From: an uncultured Acidobacteriota bacterium
GTDB lineage: Bacteria > Acidobacteriota > UBA6911
Direction of reading: 5' to 3'
Assembly: GCA_963843575.1 (NCBI GenBank)
Contig: CAWJKZ010000014.1
Location: 128,001-192,000 of the forward strand
Length of the DNA: 64,000 bases
Below the pieces are notes generated by a model. That model searched no databases. It saw only the letters and a list, made by a program, of their open reading frames with translations, and was not told the DNA's origin. How positions within the stretch are numbered: position 1 is the stretch's first letter; each line of letters starts with the position of its first letter. The position numbers and the translations under genes were made by a program. Below, piece by piece: positions 21,073 to 31,500 of the stretch.

Positions 21073-21904
21073 TCTCGGCTACCGGCACTGGGCCGGGGAG
21101 TGGACCTCGCATCCATATCGCTGGTGGGTGATCACGCGGCAGGGGATCCAGTCACTGGTCAGGAAGAAACGGTTTTCGGTGCTGTTGTTCCTCTCCCTGA
21201 TCCCCTTTGTCGTGCGCTCCGTTCTGATCTATATCTCGACGATGGTTCCGCAGAATGCGCCGTTCCTGAAAATCGGACCACAGTTCTTCCAGGACTTCCT
21301 GTCGCAGCAGATGTGGTTTTTCACCTTTGTGATCGCCATTTACGCCGGTGCCGGGCTGATTGCGAACGATCTGAAGGTAAACGCCCTGCAGATCTATCTC
21401 TCCAAACCGATCACGCGCCGCGATTACATCTTGGGGAAACTCGGCGTTTTGGTTTTTTTCCTCTCGCTCCCGACGCTGGTCCCGGGGCTGCTGCTGTTTC
21501 TGCTGGCGGTGCTCTTCAAGGCGGATGCGGCGTTCGTTCGCGCGAACTACTGGGTGGCAGGTTCGATTGCGGCCTACGCGCTGCTGATCATCTTCACGTA
21601 CGCCCTGGTGGTGCTCGCACTGTCCTCCCTGAGCCGTTCCAGCAGGGTGGCGGGGGTCAATTTCGCGGCGGTCCTGTTCTTCAGCCAGATCGTCTACATC
21701 ATCCTGCGTCAGATGCTGCGCACGGAGCGCGTCGGTTGGGTTTCGCTCTCCAACAACGTGACCCGCGTCGGGGATCTGCTGTTCGGCGCGTCCTCGAGGT
21801 TGCCGTCGAGCCCGATGGTCTCGCTGCTTGTACTGCTGCTGGTGCTCATCGGCTGCGCGTGGGTGGTGTATCGGCGCGTCCAGGCCGTGGAGGTGGTGAA
21901 GTGA
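21059..21904 (+). CDS. ABC-2 type permease
   Basis: About 6 TM segments; YLSKPITRRDYILGK motif. Confidence 0.88.
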   Translation: MPIHDLGYRHWAGEWTSHPYRWWVITRQGIQSLVRKKRFSVLLFLSLIPFVVRSVLIYISTMVPQNAPFLKIGPQFFQDFLSQQMWFFTFVIAIYAGAGLIANDLKVNALQIYLSKPITRRDYILGKLGVLVFFLSLPTLVPGLLLFLLAVLFKADAAFVRANYWVAGSIAAYALLIIFTYALVVLALSSLSRSSRVAGVNFAAVLFFSQIVYIILRQMLRTERVGWVSLSNNVTRVGDLLFGASSRLPSSPMVSLLVLLLVLIGCAWVVYRRVQAVEVVK

Positions 21905-22824
21905 CGGCCATAGTGCAGGCTCAGAACCTGTCGAAGTGGTACGGCCAGGTGATCGCCGTCAGCAAGGTGTCTTTCTCGCTGGCACCCGGCGTGACCGGGC
22001 TGCTGGGCCCCAATGGCGCCGGGAAGTCGACGCTCATGAAGCTCATGATGGGTCAGCTCCGTCCGAGCCAGGGGGAGATACGGGTCTTCGGGCAAACGGT
22101 CTGGAACAACTACGCGCTGTTCAAGCGCGTGGGGTTCTGCCCCGAGCAGGACAGCTTCTACGAACGGATGACCGGTGCCCAGTTCCTGTCGTCGCTCCTG
22201 CGCATGCACGGCTACGCCGAGCCGGAGGTCGCGCGGCGCACCGAGGCGGCGCTCGAGGAGGTGCACCTCACGCCGGCGCGGGACAAGAAGATCGCGGCCT
22301 ATTCCAAGGGGATGCGGCAGCGCATCAAGATGGCTCAGGCAATTGCCCACGACCCGGATGTCCTGGTCCTGGATGAGCCGCTTGCGGGCATGGACCCGGT
22401 GGCGCGCCGGGAGACGATCAACGCGATCCGCGAATGGGGCAAGGCGGGGAGATGCGTGGTGGTCTCCAGTCACATCCTGCACGAGATCGAGGCGATGACC
22501 AGCACGATTCTCCTGATGCACAACGGGCAGGTTCTCGCCGAGGGGGACGTGCACCACATTCGGGGCCTGATCGACCAGCACCCGCACAACATCTTCATCC
22601 GCTGCTCGAATCCCCGGAAGCTCGCCGAAGCGCTGGTCGGTTTCCCGGACCTGCTCAGCATCCGGTTTCACCCGAACGGCGACGCGCTGACCATCGAATC
22701 TTCGAAACCCGACGAGTTCTACGACAGGTTACCCGATCTCTTCCTCCGTCTGGACATCGAACTGAACGAGATCACGTCGCCGGACGACAACCTCCAGGCA
22801 GTGTTCCACTACCTGGTGAAATAG
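21901..22824 (+). CDS. ABC exporter ATP-binding protein
   Basis: GTG start overlapping the upstream stop; GPNGAGKST, YSKGMRQR, VLDEP, SSH. Confidence 0.93.
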   Translation: MTAIVQAQNLSKWYGQVIAVSKVSFSLAPGVTGLLGPNGAGKSTLMKLMMGQLRPSQGEIRVFGQTVWNNYALFKRVGFCPEQDSFYERMTGAQFLSSLLRMHGYAEPEVARRTEAALEEVHLTPARDKKIAAYSKGMRQRIKMAQAIAHDPDVLVLDEPLAGMDPVARRETINAIREWGKAGRCVVVSSHILHEIEAMTSTILLMHNGQVLAEGDVHHIRGLIDQHPHNIFIRCSNPRKLAEALVGFPDLLSIRFHPNGDALTIESSKPDEFYDRLPDLFLRLDIELNEITSPDDNLQAVFHYLVK

Positions 22825-22833
22825 GAGGACGCG

Positions 22834-23646
22834 GTGTCGGACATTCCCCGGATCATCAAAGGCTGGCGCGACGCGCGCACCATCGCCTTCCTGACGCTGG
22901 ACACTCTGTTCTGGAGCAAGAAGACGGTCTTCGTCGCACTCGTTTCCATGCTTGTGCTGGGACTTTCCGTCCTGGGCCGGCTGGTGATGACCTATCACTG
23001 GATCCGGGTCCCGTTTACCTCGGCGCAGGTCTTCGGAACGCTGATGTCCACGGCGGTGATTCACTTCCTCGTCGTTTTCGTCACCCTGTTCTACGGCACG
23101 GCGCTGATCTCGGACGAGGTGGAAGGGAAAACCCTGACCTACCTGTTCGTCCGTCCCATACCGAAGCCGACGGTGATGTTTGGCAAGTTCCTCGCCCTGG
23201 CGTGGATCAGTTCGGTCCTGGTGATACCGACCGTTTTCCTGAGCTATCTGACTCTCTATCTGCGCGCCGACCTCGGTCCGTTCTGGGAAGATATGCCGAC
23301 GCTCGGCAGGGACGTCGGGGTGATCTTCCTGGCCCTGCTTGCTTATGGATCGCTCTTCTCGCTTTTGGGAGCGTGGCTGAAGCACTCGCTGCTGTTCGGG
23401 CTCTTCTATGCTTTCGGCTGGGAGGCCATCATTTCCTATCTGCCGGGATTCACGCGCAAGCTGACCATCACGCACTACATTCAGTCGATTTTCCCGCACA
23501 ACGACACGTCGACCGCCCTGGCCATGCTGATCGGGGACCGCACTCCCCCGCTGGAATCCCTGGTCACGCTCGTACTCCTGTCGGCCTTCATGCTGTTGAC
23601 GGCCAGCATCGTGGTCCGGGAGAAGGAGTACGTGCTGGAACAGTGA
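22834..23646 (+). CDS. ABC-2 type permease
   Basis: RBS AGGAGG; TM segments; DEVEGKTLTYLFVRPIPK...GKF. Confidence 0.88.
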   Translation: MSDIPRIIKGWRDARTIAFLTLDTLFWSKKTVFVALVSMLVLGLSVLGRLVMTYHWIRVPFTSAQVFGTLMSTAVIHFLVVFVTLFYGTALISDEVEGKTLTYLFVRPIPKPTVMFGKFLALAWISSVLVIPTVFLSYLTLYLRADLGPFWEDMPTLGRDVGVIFLALLAYGSLFSLLGAWLKHSLLFGLFYAFGWEAIISYLPGFTRKLTITHYIQSIFPHNDTSTALAMLIGDRTPPLESLVTLVLLSAFMLLTASIVVREKEYVLEQ

Positions 23647-23718
23647 CGCGGCGCGCCGCGGCCCCCGCCGAGGTGTTGAGCGGGGGCGCTCGGAGTGGTA
23701 ACTTAATCCATCCAGGAG

Positions 23719-24930
23719 TTGTGCTTGCGTTTTTATTACATCCTTCTGTCTGGCTTGATCTTTGGGCCACTGGCGGGAGCCGCCGCCCAGGAAACCGCAG
23801 GCGAGGTGTCGGTTCTGATGTTCCCGCCCGAAGGGCCGGGAGACCGGCCCCTGCTGGCGTGGGTTGGAGAGGGGATTTCGCACTCGATCTCGGAGCAGTT
23901 GCAGTCGCCCGGCCTGAAAGTCTTCAGCCGGGAGGAGCGCAACAACTTCCTGGAGGGGGCCGACCTGCCCCCGGACGTTCCGCTCAGCCGCGCCAGCATG
24001 ATCCAGGTTGCGCGGGCCGCAGGCGCCCGCAAGCTCGTGACGGGGTCCTGGTCTGGAACCGAGAAAGAGATGCGGATCGCCCTGCGCATCCTCGACGTGA
24101 AAGCCATCAAACTCGGCGGGGAACTTTCGGCCAACGGGCCCCTCGGCGCGCTGCCGGAGATGGAGAACGAGCTCGCCTGGCTCATCCTGGGCGAAACCGG
24201 GATCGGAAGGTTGGAGGCGCGCAATAAGTTCGGCGAGCGGCGGCGCACGGTGCCGAACGCGGCATACGCTTCGCTGATCCAGGGTCTGACCGTCACCGAG
24301 GACAACGAGCAGCTCACGCTGCTGCAGCGCGCACTCGAACTCTACCCGGACATCCCTGAAGCGTCCTACCTGGCCGGGAGGCATTACTACCGGCACGGCA
24401 ACTACGACGCGGCCCTGCGCTACCTGGAATCGGGCCAGAAATGGCGGCCTGGCTATCTCGATGCGGCCTTCATGCTGGGAACCTGCTACGTGAAGAACAA
24501 CTCGCTCGAAGCCGCGGTCCGCTCGTTCAACAACGTCCTGGCGTTCACCCGGTCCGCCGAAGCCCTGAACAATCTCGGTGTCGCCTACCTCCGCAAGGGG
24601 GATTATCCCCTCGCGGTCGAGCACCTGGTCGAGGCCCGCGACGTGGCCAGGCAGCAACCCACCATCGCCCTGAACCTGGCGATCGCGCGGCACCTCGCGG
24701 GCGACGACGCCATGGCGGAAACCCTGTTGCAGCAGACGGCGAAATCGGACACGGTCCGGGGGGTCGCCCAGTACGTGCTGAGCCTCGTGCTCGAGCGGCA
24801 ATCCAGGAAAGAGGCCGCGGAAGCGGCCCTGGCCGCGGCGGTCGGCGCCGGGATCGATCCCGACAAGATGAAGTCGGACGGGCCCCGGGGCTGGAGCCGC
24901 CTGATCACCGCTTGGGAAGCCAGGCCTTAG
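23719..24930 (+). CDS. exported TPR-repeat protein with TolB-N/CsgG-like N-terminal domain
   Basis: Signal-like N-terminus; TPR motifs such as AEALNNLGVAYLRKGDY and AAFMLGTCY. Start codon uncertain. Confidence 0.75.
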   Translation: MCLRFYYILLSGLIFGPLAGAAAQETAGEVSVLMFPPEGPGDRPLLAWVGEGISHSISEQLQSPGLKVFSREERNNFLEGADLPPDVPLSRASMIQVARAAGARKLVTGSWSGTEKEMRIALRILDVKAIKLGGELSANGPLGALPEMENELAWLILGETGIGRLEARNKFGERRRTVPNAAYASLIQGLTVTEDNEQLTLLQRALELYPDIPEASYLAGRHYYRHGNYDAALRYLESGQKWRPGYLDAAFMLGTCYVKNNSLEAAVRSFNNVLAFTRSAEALNNLGVAYLRKGDYPLAVEHLVEARDVARQQPTIALNLAIARHLAGDDAMAETLLQQTAKSDTVRGVAQYVLSLVLERQSRKEAAEAALAAAVGAGIDPDKMKSDGPRGWSRLITAWEARP

Positions 24931-25138
24931 TGCAAGACCCTGACGCTCGAGCCAACAGATCCACGATAGGAATTGCTGTCGGAGCGTCAGCCCTGGGCGG
25001 CCGGGCGGCATCTGCGGCGTTGCCGCTCCGACGACAATCGCCTGCGTCCGACGCTTGCATTGGCGCTTTCGCAGGGAACATTCTGCGGACTGGCGGTCGG
25101 TTGCGGGCCGTGTCCGCGGCACGCCGCAGCGGCTTGCC

Positions 25139-25167
25139 TTGACAAGCCGCCTGGACGACCTTAAGAT
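25139..25167 (+). promoter_or_regulatory. sigma70 promoter of tRNA-Leu
   Basis: TTGACA (25139-25144), 17-nt spacer, TAAGAT (25162-25167), 16 nt before the tRNA. Confidence 0.8.
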
Positions 25168-25183
25168 ACCCATCTTGCCTCGT

Positions 25184-25270
25184 GCCGAAGTGGCGGAATT
25201 GGCAGACGCGCTAGGTTCAGGGTCTAGTGGGCTTAAGCTCGTGGGGGTTCGAGTCCCCCCTTCGGCACCA
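25184..25270 (+). tRNA. tRNA-Leu (anticodon CAG)
   Basis: Acceptor stem GCCGAAG/CTTCGGC, D-arm GGAATTGGCAGAC, anticodon arm CTAGG-TTCAGGG-TCTAG, long variable arm, GTTCGAGTC T-loop, encoded CCA. Confidence 0.97.
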
Positions 25271-25400
25271 TCGTTCCAGCCATCCTGCAATCCCGACTGT
25301 ATCCCCTGCGCGGCAGGTTTCATTTCCCGATGAATCCAGGGAGTGAGGCGTGGTCGCGGGGCGGCCCGGTCTGCCGCCCCGCCGATGCTATCGGACCGCT

Positions 25401-28377
25401 TCAGGGAGCGGGTTGGGCCGGTACCGCCGAAAGAACGGACAGGTCGTGTGTCCCGAAAAGTGCGAAGGCAGCCACCGGATTGTCGGAAGTCATCCGGACA
25501 TATCCCGAGTTACGGTTCTGGCCGGCGAGGGCAGGGAAGTGTTCGGTCAGAAGTTTTGACACCCTGTGGCGGGCCTGAATGGTTTCGGTGACGGTCCCCT
25601 CGAGGGTGCCGTCGGAGCTATAGACCTCCAGGGTCACTGCGGCTGGGTTGTCGGACGGGTTGAGGATGGCGAGCCCGGTGAAAAAGGTCTCGTTTGACGC
25701 GACCTGGCCGAAGACGGCTTCGTCCTGGAGAGTGGACGCGAGGGGGAGGGCCGCCGCGAAGACGCGCCTCTCGGGATCGCCGAACACGACGCTCCCGGTG
25801 AGGTTCACGTCGGCCGTTATCTTGACGTAGCCCTGGACGATCTCCCCGGCCGTCGACACGAAAAACGACTGATCCTTGAGGTAGATCTTTCCGTGGGCGG
25901 CGATTGGCCGCACCCGGGTCGGCCCGATCTGAGCCCCGTCGTCGCCTACCAGCCTGAATGTGACGGTACCAGGCGCGGAGTCGAGGTTTATCACCGACAG
26001 GGTCGACCGCCAGGGGCCTCCCACGGCATATTGCGGCGAATAAAGCACGGTTGCCCCGGCTGTGGTGTCCTGGCCGTTGAGGCCCTCGAGGTACTGCGCG
26101 GCTTTGCCGAGCATCTGGAACGGGTATTACCCCCTTGCCGGACAGGATGCGCACGTAGTCGCTCGCATCCACGGGAGTATCCGGAAACAGCTCCGTCAGG
26201 TATTCCGCTATGACGCCATTGCCATTGACGGTTCGGTCGGCGGAAGCGCGCGCCGTGCCGTCCTGCCGGACGAGATCGATCCGGACCGGGACCTGCTCTT
26301 CGTTGGGGTTGGCGATGTGAATCTGGGTGAATCCCTCGTCCTCGACCTCCGACAGGAGGGACGAGACGAACGGCATGAGAAATACCGGTGCGCCGTCGAG
26401 CACGCTCAGGCTGCTGTTGAACATGAGGGTGAATCCGGTGACCCCCGGGGCGCTGCTGTCGAGCTTGATCCATCCGATACGCCCGTTGCTGGTCATACCG
26501 CTCCCGAACAGCTCGACGTCGACGACGGGCAGCTGGGTGCCGGGCGGCAGGCTTATCTCCGCGGGATTGACGATGTCGTCGCCGCTGATTTCCGCGCCCT
26601 GTGTGTCGTAGGCCGTGAACGTGAGGATGGCGTCGATGCTGCCGAGGTTTACCACGGCGATACCCGTGTACTCACTGCCGTCGAGGCCGGTGGCCAGCCC
26701 GTCCTGGCTGACGAGCCGGGGATAGTACATGCTGACCGCCGCGCTGGAAGCGGTGGTGGTCTTGAAGGAGTACGTGTCGGAGACCGCGAGATTACCGGAC
26801 GCGTCGCGGGATTTGACGCGGAACTTGTATTCGGTGTTCGGCTTCAGGCCGGAGACGCTGGAGAAATGGGATACCACCAGCGATCTGTTCAGTTTCGATG
26901 CTTTCCCAAAGCTAGCGGTGGCGCCGTACTCGGCCTGCGAGTCCGATGCCTCGTTGGTTACCCAGTTGATGACGGCGTTTCGCGCGCCGGCGGTGGTGCC
27001 GATGCTGATGATCTCGGGCGGGGTGGTGTCGTTCGGGCCCGTGCTGAAGGTCAGATCGGCTGACGCCGCGCTGTTGCCGGCGGCGTCTTTCGACCTCGCC
27101 CTATAGTGGTAAGTCGTCGAACCGCGCAGCCCGGTCAATACCACCGAGTGCGACGTCACCTGTGCGGTGGCGACGGGCGTGCGGCCGTCGTTGACCGAAG
27201 TCGCGCCATACTCCACCTGCGAATCCGCTGCCTCGTTCGTGGTCCAGACGATGGTGGCGCCCGTGGAGGTGATGGAGGCCGCGGCCACTCCCGATATTAC
27301 CGGTGCAGTGGTGTCCGGTGCGGAGATAGTGGTAAACGTGTAATCTCCCGAGACCGACGGGTTGCCCGATGCGTCACGGCAGCGTACGCGGTAGTGATAC
27401 GTAGTACTGGCGGTGAGGCCTGTCAGGGACACGGCGTGCGACGTGACTTTCGTCGCGTCGAGGACAGTCGAATTCCCGTAGGAAGCCGTCGTGCCGTAGT
27501 CGACCTGGGAATCGGCCCCTTCGTCCGTTGTCCAGGTCACGGTCGCCCCGGTCGAGGTGTTGCTGGTGGCGAGGATGTTCGAGAGCACCGGGGGCGTGGA
27601 ATCCGAGGGAGGCGCCGTCGAGAAGGTCAGGTCGGTGGATACGGCCCGGTTGCCTGCCGCATCCCTCGACATCACGCGATAGTGATACAGGGTGCCCGGC
27701 GCGAGACCGGTCAGGGTTTGAGAGTGCGCCGTGACCTTCGTCTCATTGAGTGTGGTCGTCGTTCCGTATGTACTCGACAAGCCATACTGCAGCTGCGTGT
27801 CGGAGGCCTCGTTCGTCGTCCAGGAGATAGTTGCCGAGGTGCTGTCGATGGAACTGGCTGCGATCGCGGACAGTACCGGTGGGGTGGTGTCGCCTGTGGC
27901 CAGCACGGTGACGCTTCCGCTGACCGCGGCAGCCGTCAGCGGGTTGCCGTTCGGATCGGAAACAACCACGGAGGAAATGGTCAGCGGCAGCTGACCCGGG
28001 GCTGTTCCCGCCGCCACCGTGGTGTGCAACACCGCCACGCTGCCGGATCCCAGCGAGTTCGCGTTCAGGCCGAACACCAGAAAGCGAACGGCGCCGGCGA
28101 CTGCGGTGTTGCTTATGACATCTTTGCCTGCCGCTGCTGCCGCGGCCCCCGTCGAGACCGAGCCGACGGTGAGTGCGGCCGGAAGCACAATGTCGACCTG
28201 CATGGTGCCGACCCCGGAGGATCCTGCCACGAAGTTGACGGGCACGTCCACCGTGGTGGCGGGGAAACCCATTCCTGTCCCGACCGTGACGGTGCCTGCG
28301 GTTTGAGATAAACCGGCCACCGCTCCGGTCGACAGGACGACAGACAGGACGAACAGTAATCTCGCGGTTCGGGACAT
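25401..28377 (-). CDS. large exported protein: cohesin-like domain + 4 Fn3-like repeats + about 440 aa C-terminal beta region (frameshift near 26115)
   Basis: Signal peptide MSRTARLLFVL; cohesin-like TVDVPVNF...MQVDIVLP...VRFLVFGLN...SDPNGNP; four DTTxPxI...WTTNE...Y.YRV.SRD..GN repeats; C-terminus in ORF 25401-26114 is homologous to the paralog. Confidence 0.85.
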
Positions 28378-28525
28378 AGGGCGCTCCTGAGGCTTTCGAC
28401 GGAACTCATCGGGTGCAGGCGGCGGGAGCCGTATGCCGCAGGTCACAAAAGCGGCGAATTGCCTGTGAGTGCGGGAACTGGCGGGAGGGCGTTTTGGGGG
28501 GCAGTCCGCCCTCCCGGTGTGACGG

Positions 28526-31500
28526 CTATGGCACGATCTGCGGTGGGATGGCCGAGAGCACGGACAGGTCGTTGCTGCCGAAAAGGGCAAACGCCGCGAT
28601 GTCTTTGTCCGCGGTCACCTTGACATAGCCCGACGTGCGGGTCTGGCCGGCAAGCCCCGGGAAGAACTCGGTCAGCACCATCGAGGTGCGCTGCTTGCCG
28701 GGGATCGTTATTACCGTCGATGCCTCTATACGCCCGTCGGTTCCGTACAGGTCGAGGGTTGCGGTGGCATTGTTCGTGTTCGGATTGAGGATCGCGATCC
28801 CGGTGAAGTACGTCTGGCTGACGGCCACCTGGCTGAACAAGACCGAACGCTGCAGCTGGTCGACCAGCGGTAGCGCCGCCGAAAACACGCCGCATTCGGG
28901 GTCACCGAAAACGACGCTTCCGGTGAGCCGGATGCCGCTGCTGATGATCTCGACGTACCCTTGGGTGACGACGTTGCTCGGGTTGACGAACAGGCTCTGG
29001 AAAAACGCCGGGTCGTCGATGCGGATCTTGCCGTGCGGCTCGATGGGCAGCACCTTCGTCGCGCCGATCTGGGTGGAATCGTCGTGGATGAAGCGGAAGG
29101 TCACGGTCCCTGCGGTGCTGTCGAGGTTAACGACGGACAACGCCGACCGCCACGGTCCCCCCACCGCATACTGGGGCGAATAGAGGATTGCGGATCCCGC
29201 AGTCGAGTCCTGCCCGTTGAGACCCTGGACGTACCGCGACGCCTTCCCGAGCAGCTCGAATGCCAGCATGCCCGTTGGAGCGCTGACGCGGACGTAGTCG
29301 GAGGACGCCGGAGTCGAGTCCGGGAACAGGTCGGTCCAAAGGTCGGCCACCACGGCCCCGCTGCCGGGGACCGTGCGGGTCATGGACGCGGCCGTCGTCC
29401 CGTCGGCGCGAACAAGCTGGAACTTGAGTTCGGCCGGGTCGGCCGAGGGGTTCGCAATGTCCACGCGCGTGAATCCCCGGTCCTCGATTTCGGGAAGAAC
29501 AAACGAGGTCATCGGATGCGACGAGATATTCGCACCGTCCAGGACGCTCATGCGCGAGTCGAATATGAGGAAGAATCCCGCCACCTTGGCGACGGTGCTC
29601 TCGACTTTGATCCAGCCAATGGTGCCGTGGGACTGAATCGCGTCGCCGAAAAGCTGGGTGTCCACCACGGGCAACTGTTCGGTCGGGTTCAGAACCCGGG
29701 TCACGGGGTTGCTGATCGACGGCCCGGAAATCTCCACGCCCGACGGGCCGTAGGCCGTAAACGTGAGGGTGGCAGGGGCCGTGTCGAGGTTGGCGATCGC
29801 GACGCCTACATACTGCTCCTCCACCTCTCCGGATTGACTGACCCCGCCACTTCCGGGCATGAGAGGATAGAAGAGCGTAGCGGCGGCGTCTCCCGTCGGT
29901 TTCTCGGTCGTCGTAAAGGTGAGATCAGCGGACATGGCTATGTTGCCTTCGGCGTCCTTGGACTTGACCCGGAAATGATAGGTGGTCTTGGGGATCAGCC
30001 CTCGCAACACTTCCGTGTGCGCTTCCAGCAGGGTTGGGCGCAGGGCCGTGACGAGGCCGTAAGATTCCACGGTGCCGTACTCGACCTGGCCGTCTGCCGC
30101 TTCGTTGGTGGACCACGTGACGGTGGCGCGGGAATAGCCGACACCGGAAACGGTCACTGCGGATATGACCGGAGGGGTGGTGTCCGGTTCGGAGGAAGTC
30201 GTGAAGGTGTAATCGCCGGAGATGGCCAGGTTGCCGGCGGCGTCGCGCGAACGGACCCTGTAATGGTATTTCCTCGCGGCCGTCAGGGCGCTCAGCAGCT
30301 GTGCGTGGGAGGTCGCGGCGGCGGTGTTGAGCGGCGTGGCGTTTCCGTAGGAGTCGGTACCGCCGAAGTCGACCTGGGAGTCCGAGCTCTCGTCGGTCGA
30401 CCAGAGAATCAGGGCCGTCGTCTTTGTGACGGCCGTGGCCGACACGTTGTTGATGACCGGTGCCGTGGTGTCGTCTGAGCCCGCGGTCGTGAAGGTCTGA
30501 TCCCCGGAAACGGCTTGGTTGCCGGAAGTGTCGCGGGATTTCACGCGGTAGTGATACTGGGTGGTGGATTTGAGGCCCGACAATGCTACCGAGTGCGATG
30601 TGCCTTGCAGGCTCGACCCGGCGGTCGAGCCGTAGTCCATGGCAGTTCCGTACTCGACGGTCGAGTCCGAGGGTTCGCTGGTCGTCCAGGAGATCAGTGC
30701 CCCGCTCTGGGTGATATTGGAACTGGTCACGCCCGAGATGGTGGGCGCGGCAGTGTCGGAGGTCGTAAAGGTGTAGTCGCCCGAGACTGCGGTGTTGCCG
30801 GCGTCGTCGCGCGACTTGACCCGATAATGGTAACGCGTGGCCGGCGCCAGGCCTGCAAGGGACTGCGAGTGGCTGGTCACCATAGTCGTGTTCAATCCGC
30901 TGGTGCTCCCGTAACCCGAAGTCAGTCCGTATTCGACCTGCGAGCTGGAGGCCTCGTTGGTCGTCCATGTGATGAGGGCTCCGGTACCGGTGACCGACGA
31001 CGAGGCGATCGCCGTTATCACCGGCGGCGCGGTGTCTTCCGGGGCTGCGGTGGTGAACGTGAAGTCGGCGGACGTCCCCAGGTTCCCTGCGCCGTCGCGG
31101 GACAGGACGCGGTAATGATAGAGGGCGGAAGGAGAAAGCCCGGTAAGGCTCTGGGAATGGCTCGTGGCGAGGGCGGCGACCAGCGGAGTCGAGTTGCCGT
31201 AGGCCGCTGTAGTGCCGAATTCGACCTGGGTGTTGGATGGCTCGTTTGTCGTCCAGGAGACCGTGGCGCTGCTCTGGGTGATGTTGGAACTGGTCACGCC
31301 CGAAATGGTGGGCGCGGCAGTGTCGGAGGTCGTAAAGGTGTAGTCGCCCGAGACTGCGGTGTTGCCGGCGTCGTCGCGCGATTTGACCCGATAATGGTAA
31401 CGCGTGGCCGGCGCCAGGCCTGCAAGGGAGAGCGAGTGGCTGGTCACCATGGTCGTGTTCAACCCGCTGGTGCTCCCGTAACCCGAAGTCAGTCCGTACT

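Noticed and set aside
23719-24930. TPR protein as PrsT
   Set aside because: Much shorter than typical PrsT, has a different N-terminal domain, and is 8 kb away on the opposite strand.
7565-25323. Long antisense or alternate-frame ORFs (e.g. 10614-13112 minus, 22729-25323 minus)
   Set aside because: Shadow ORFs of GC-rich coding sequence that overlap well-supported genes and have no recognisable motifs.
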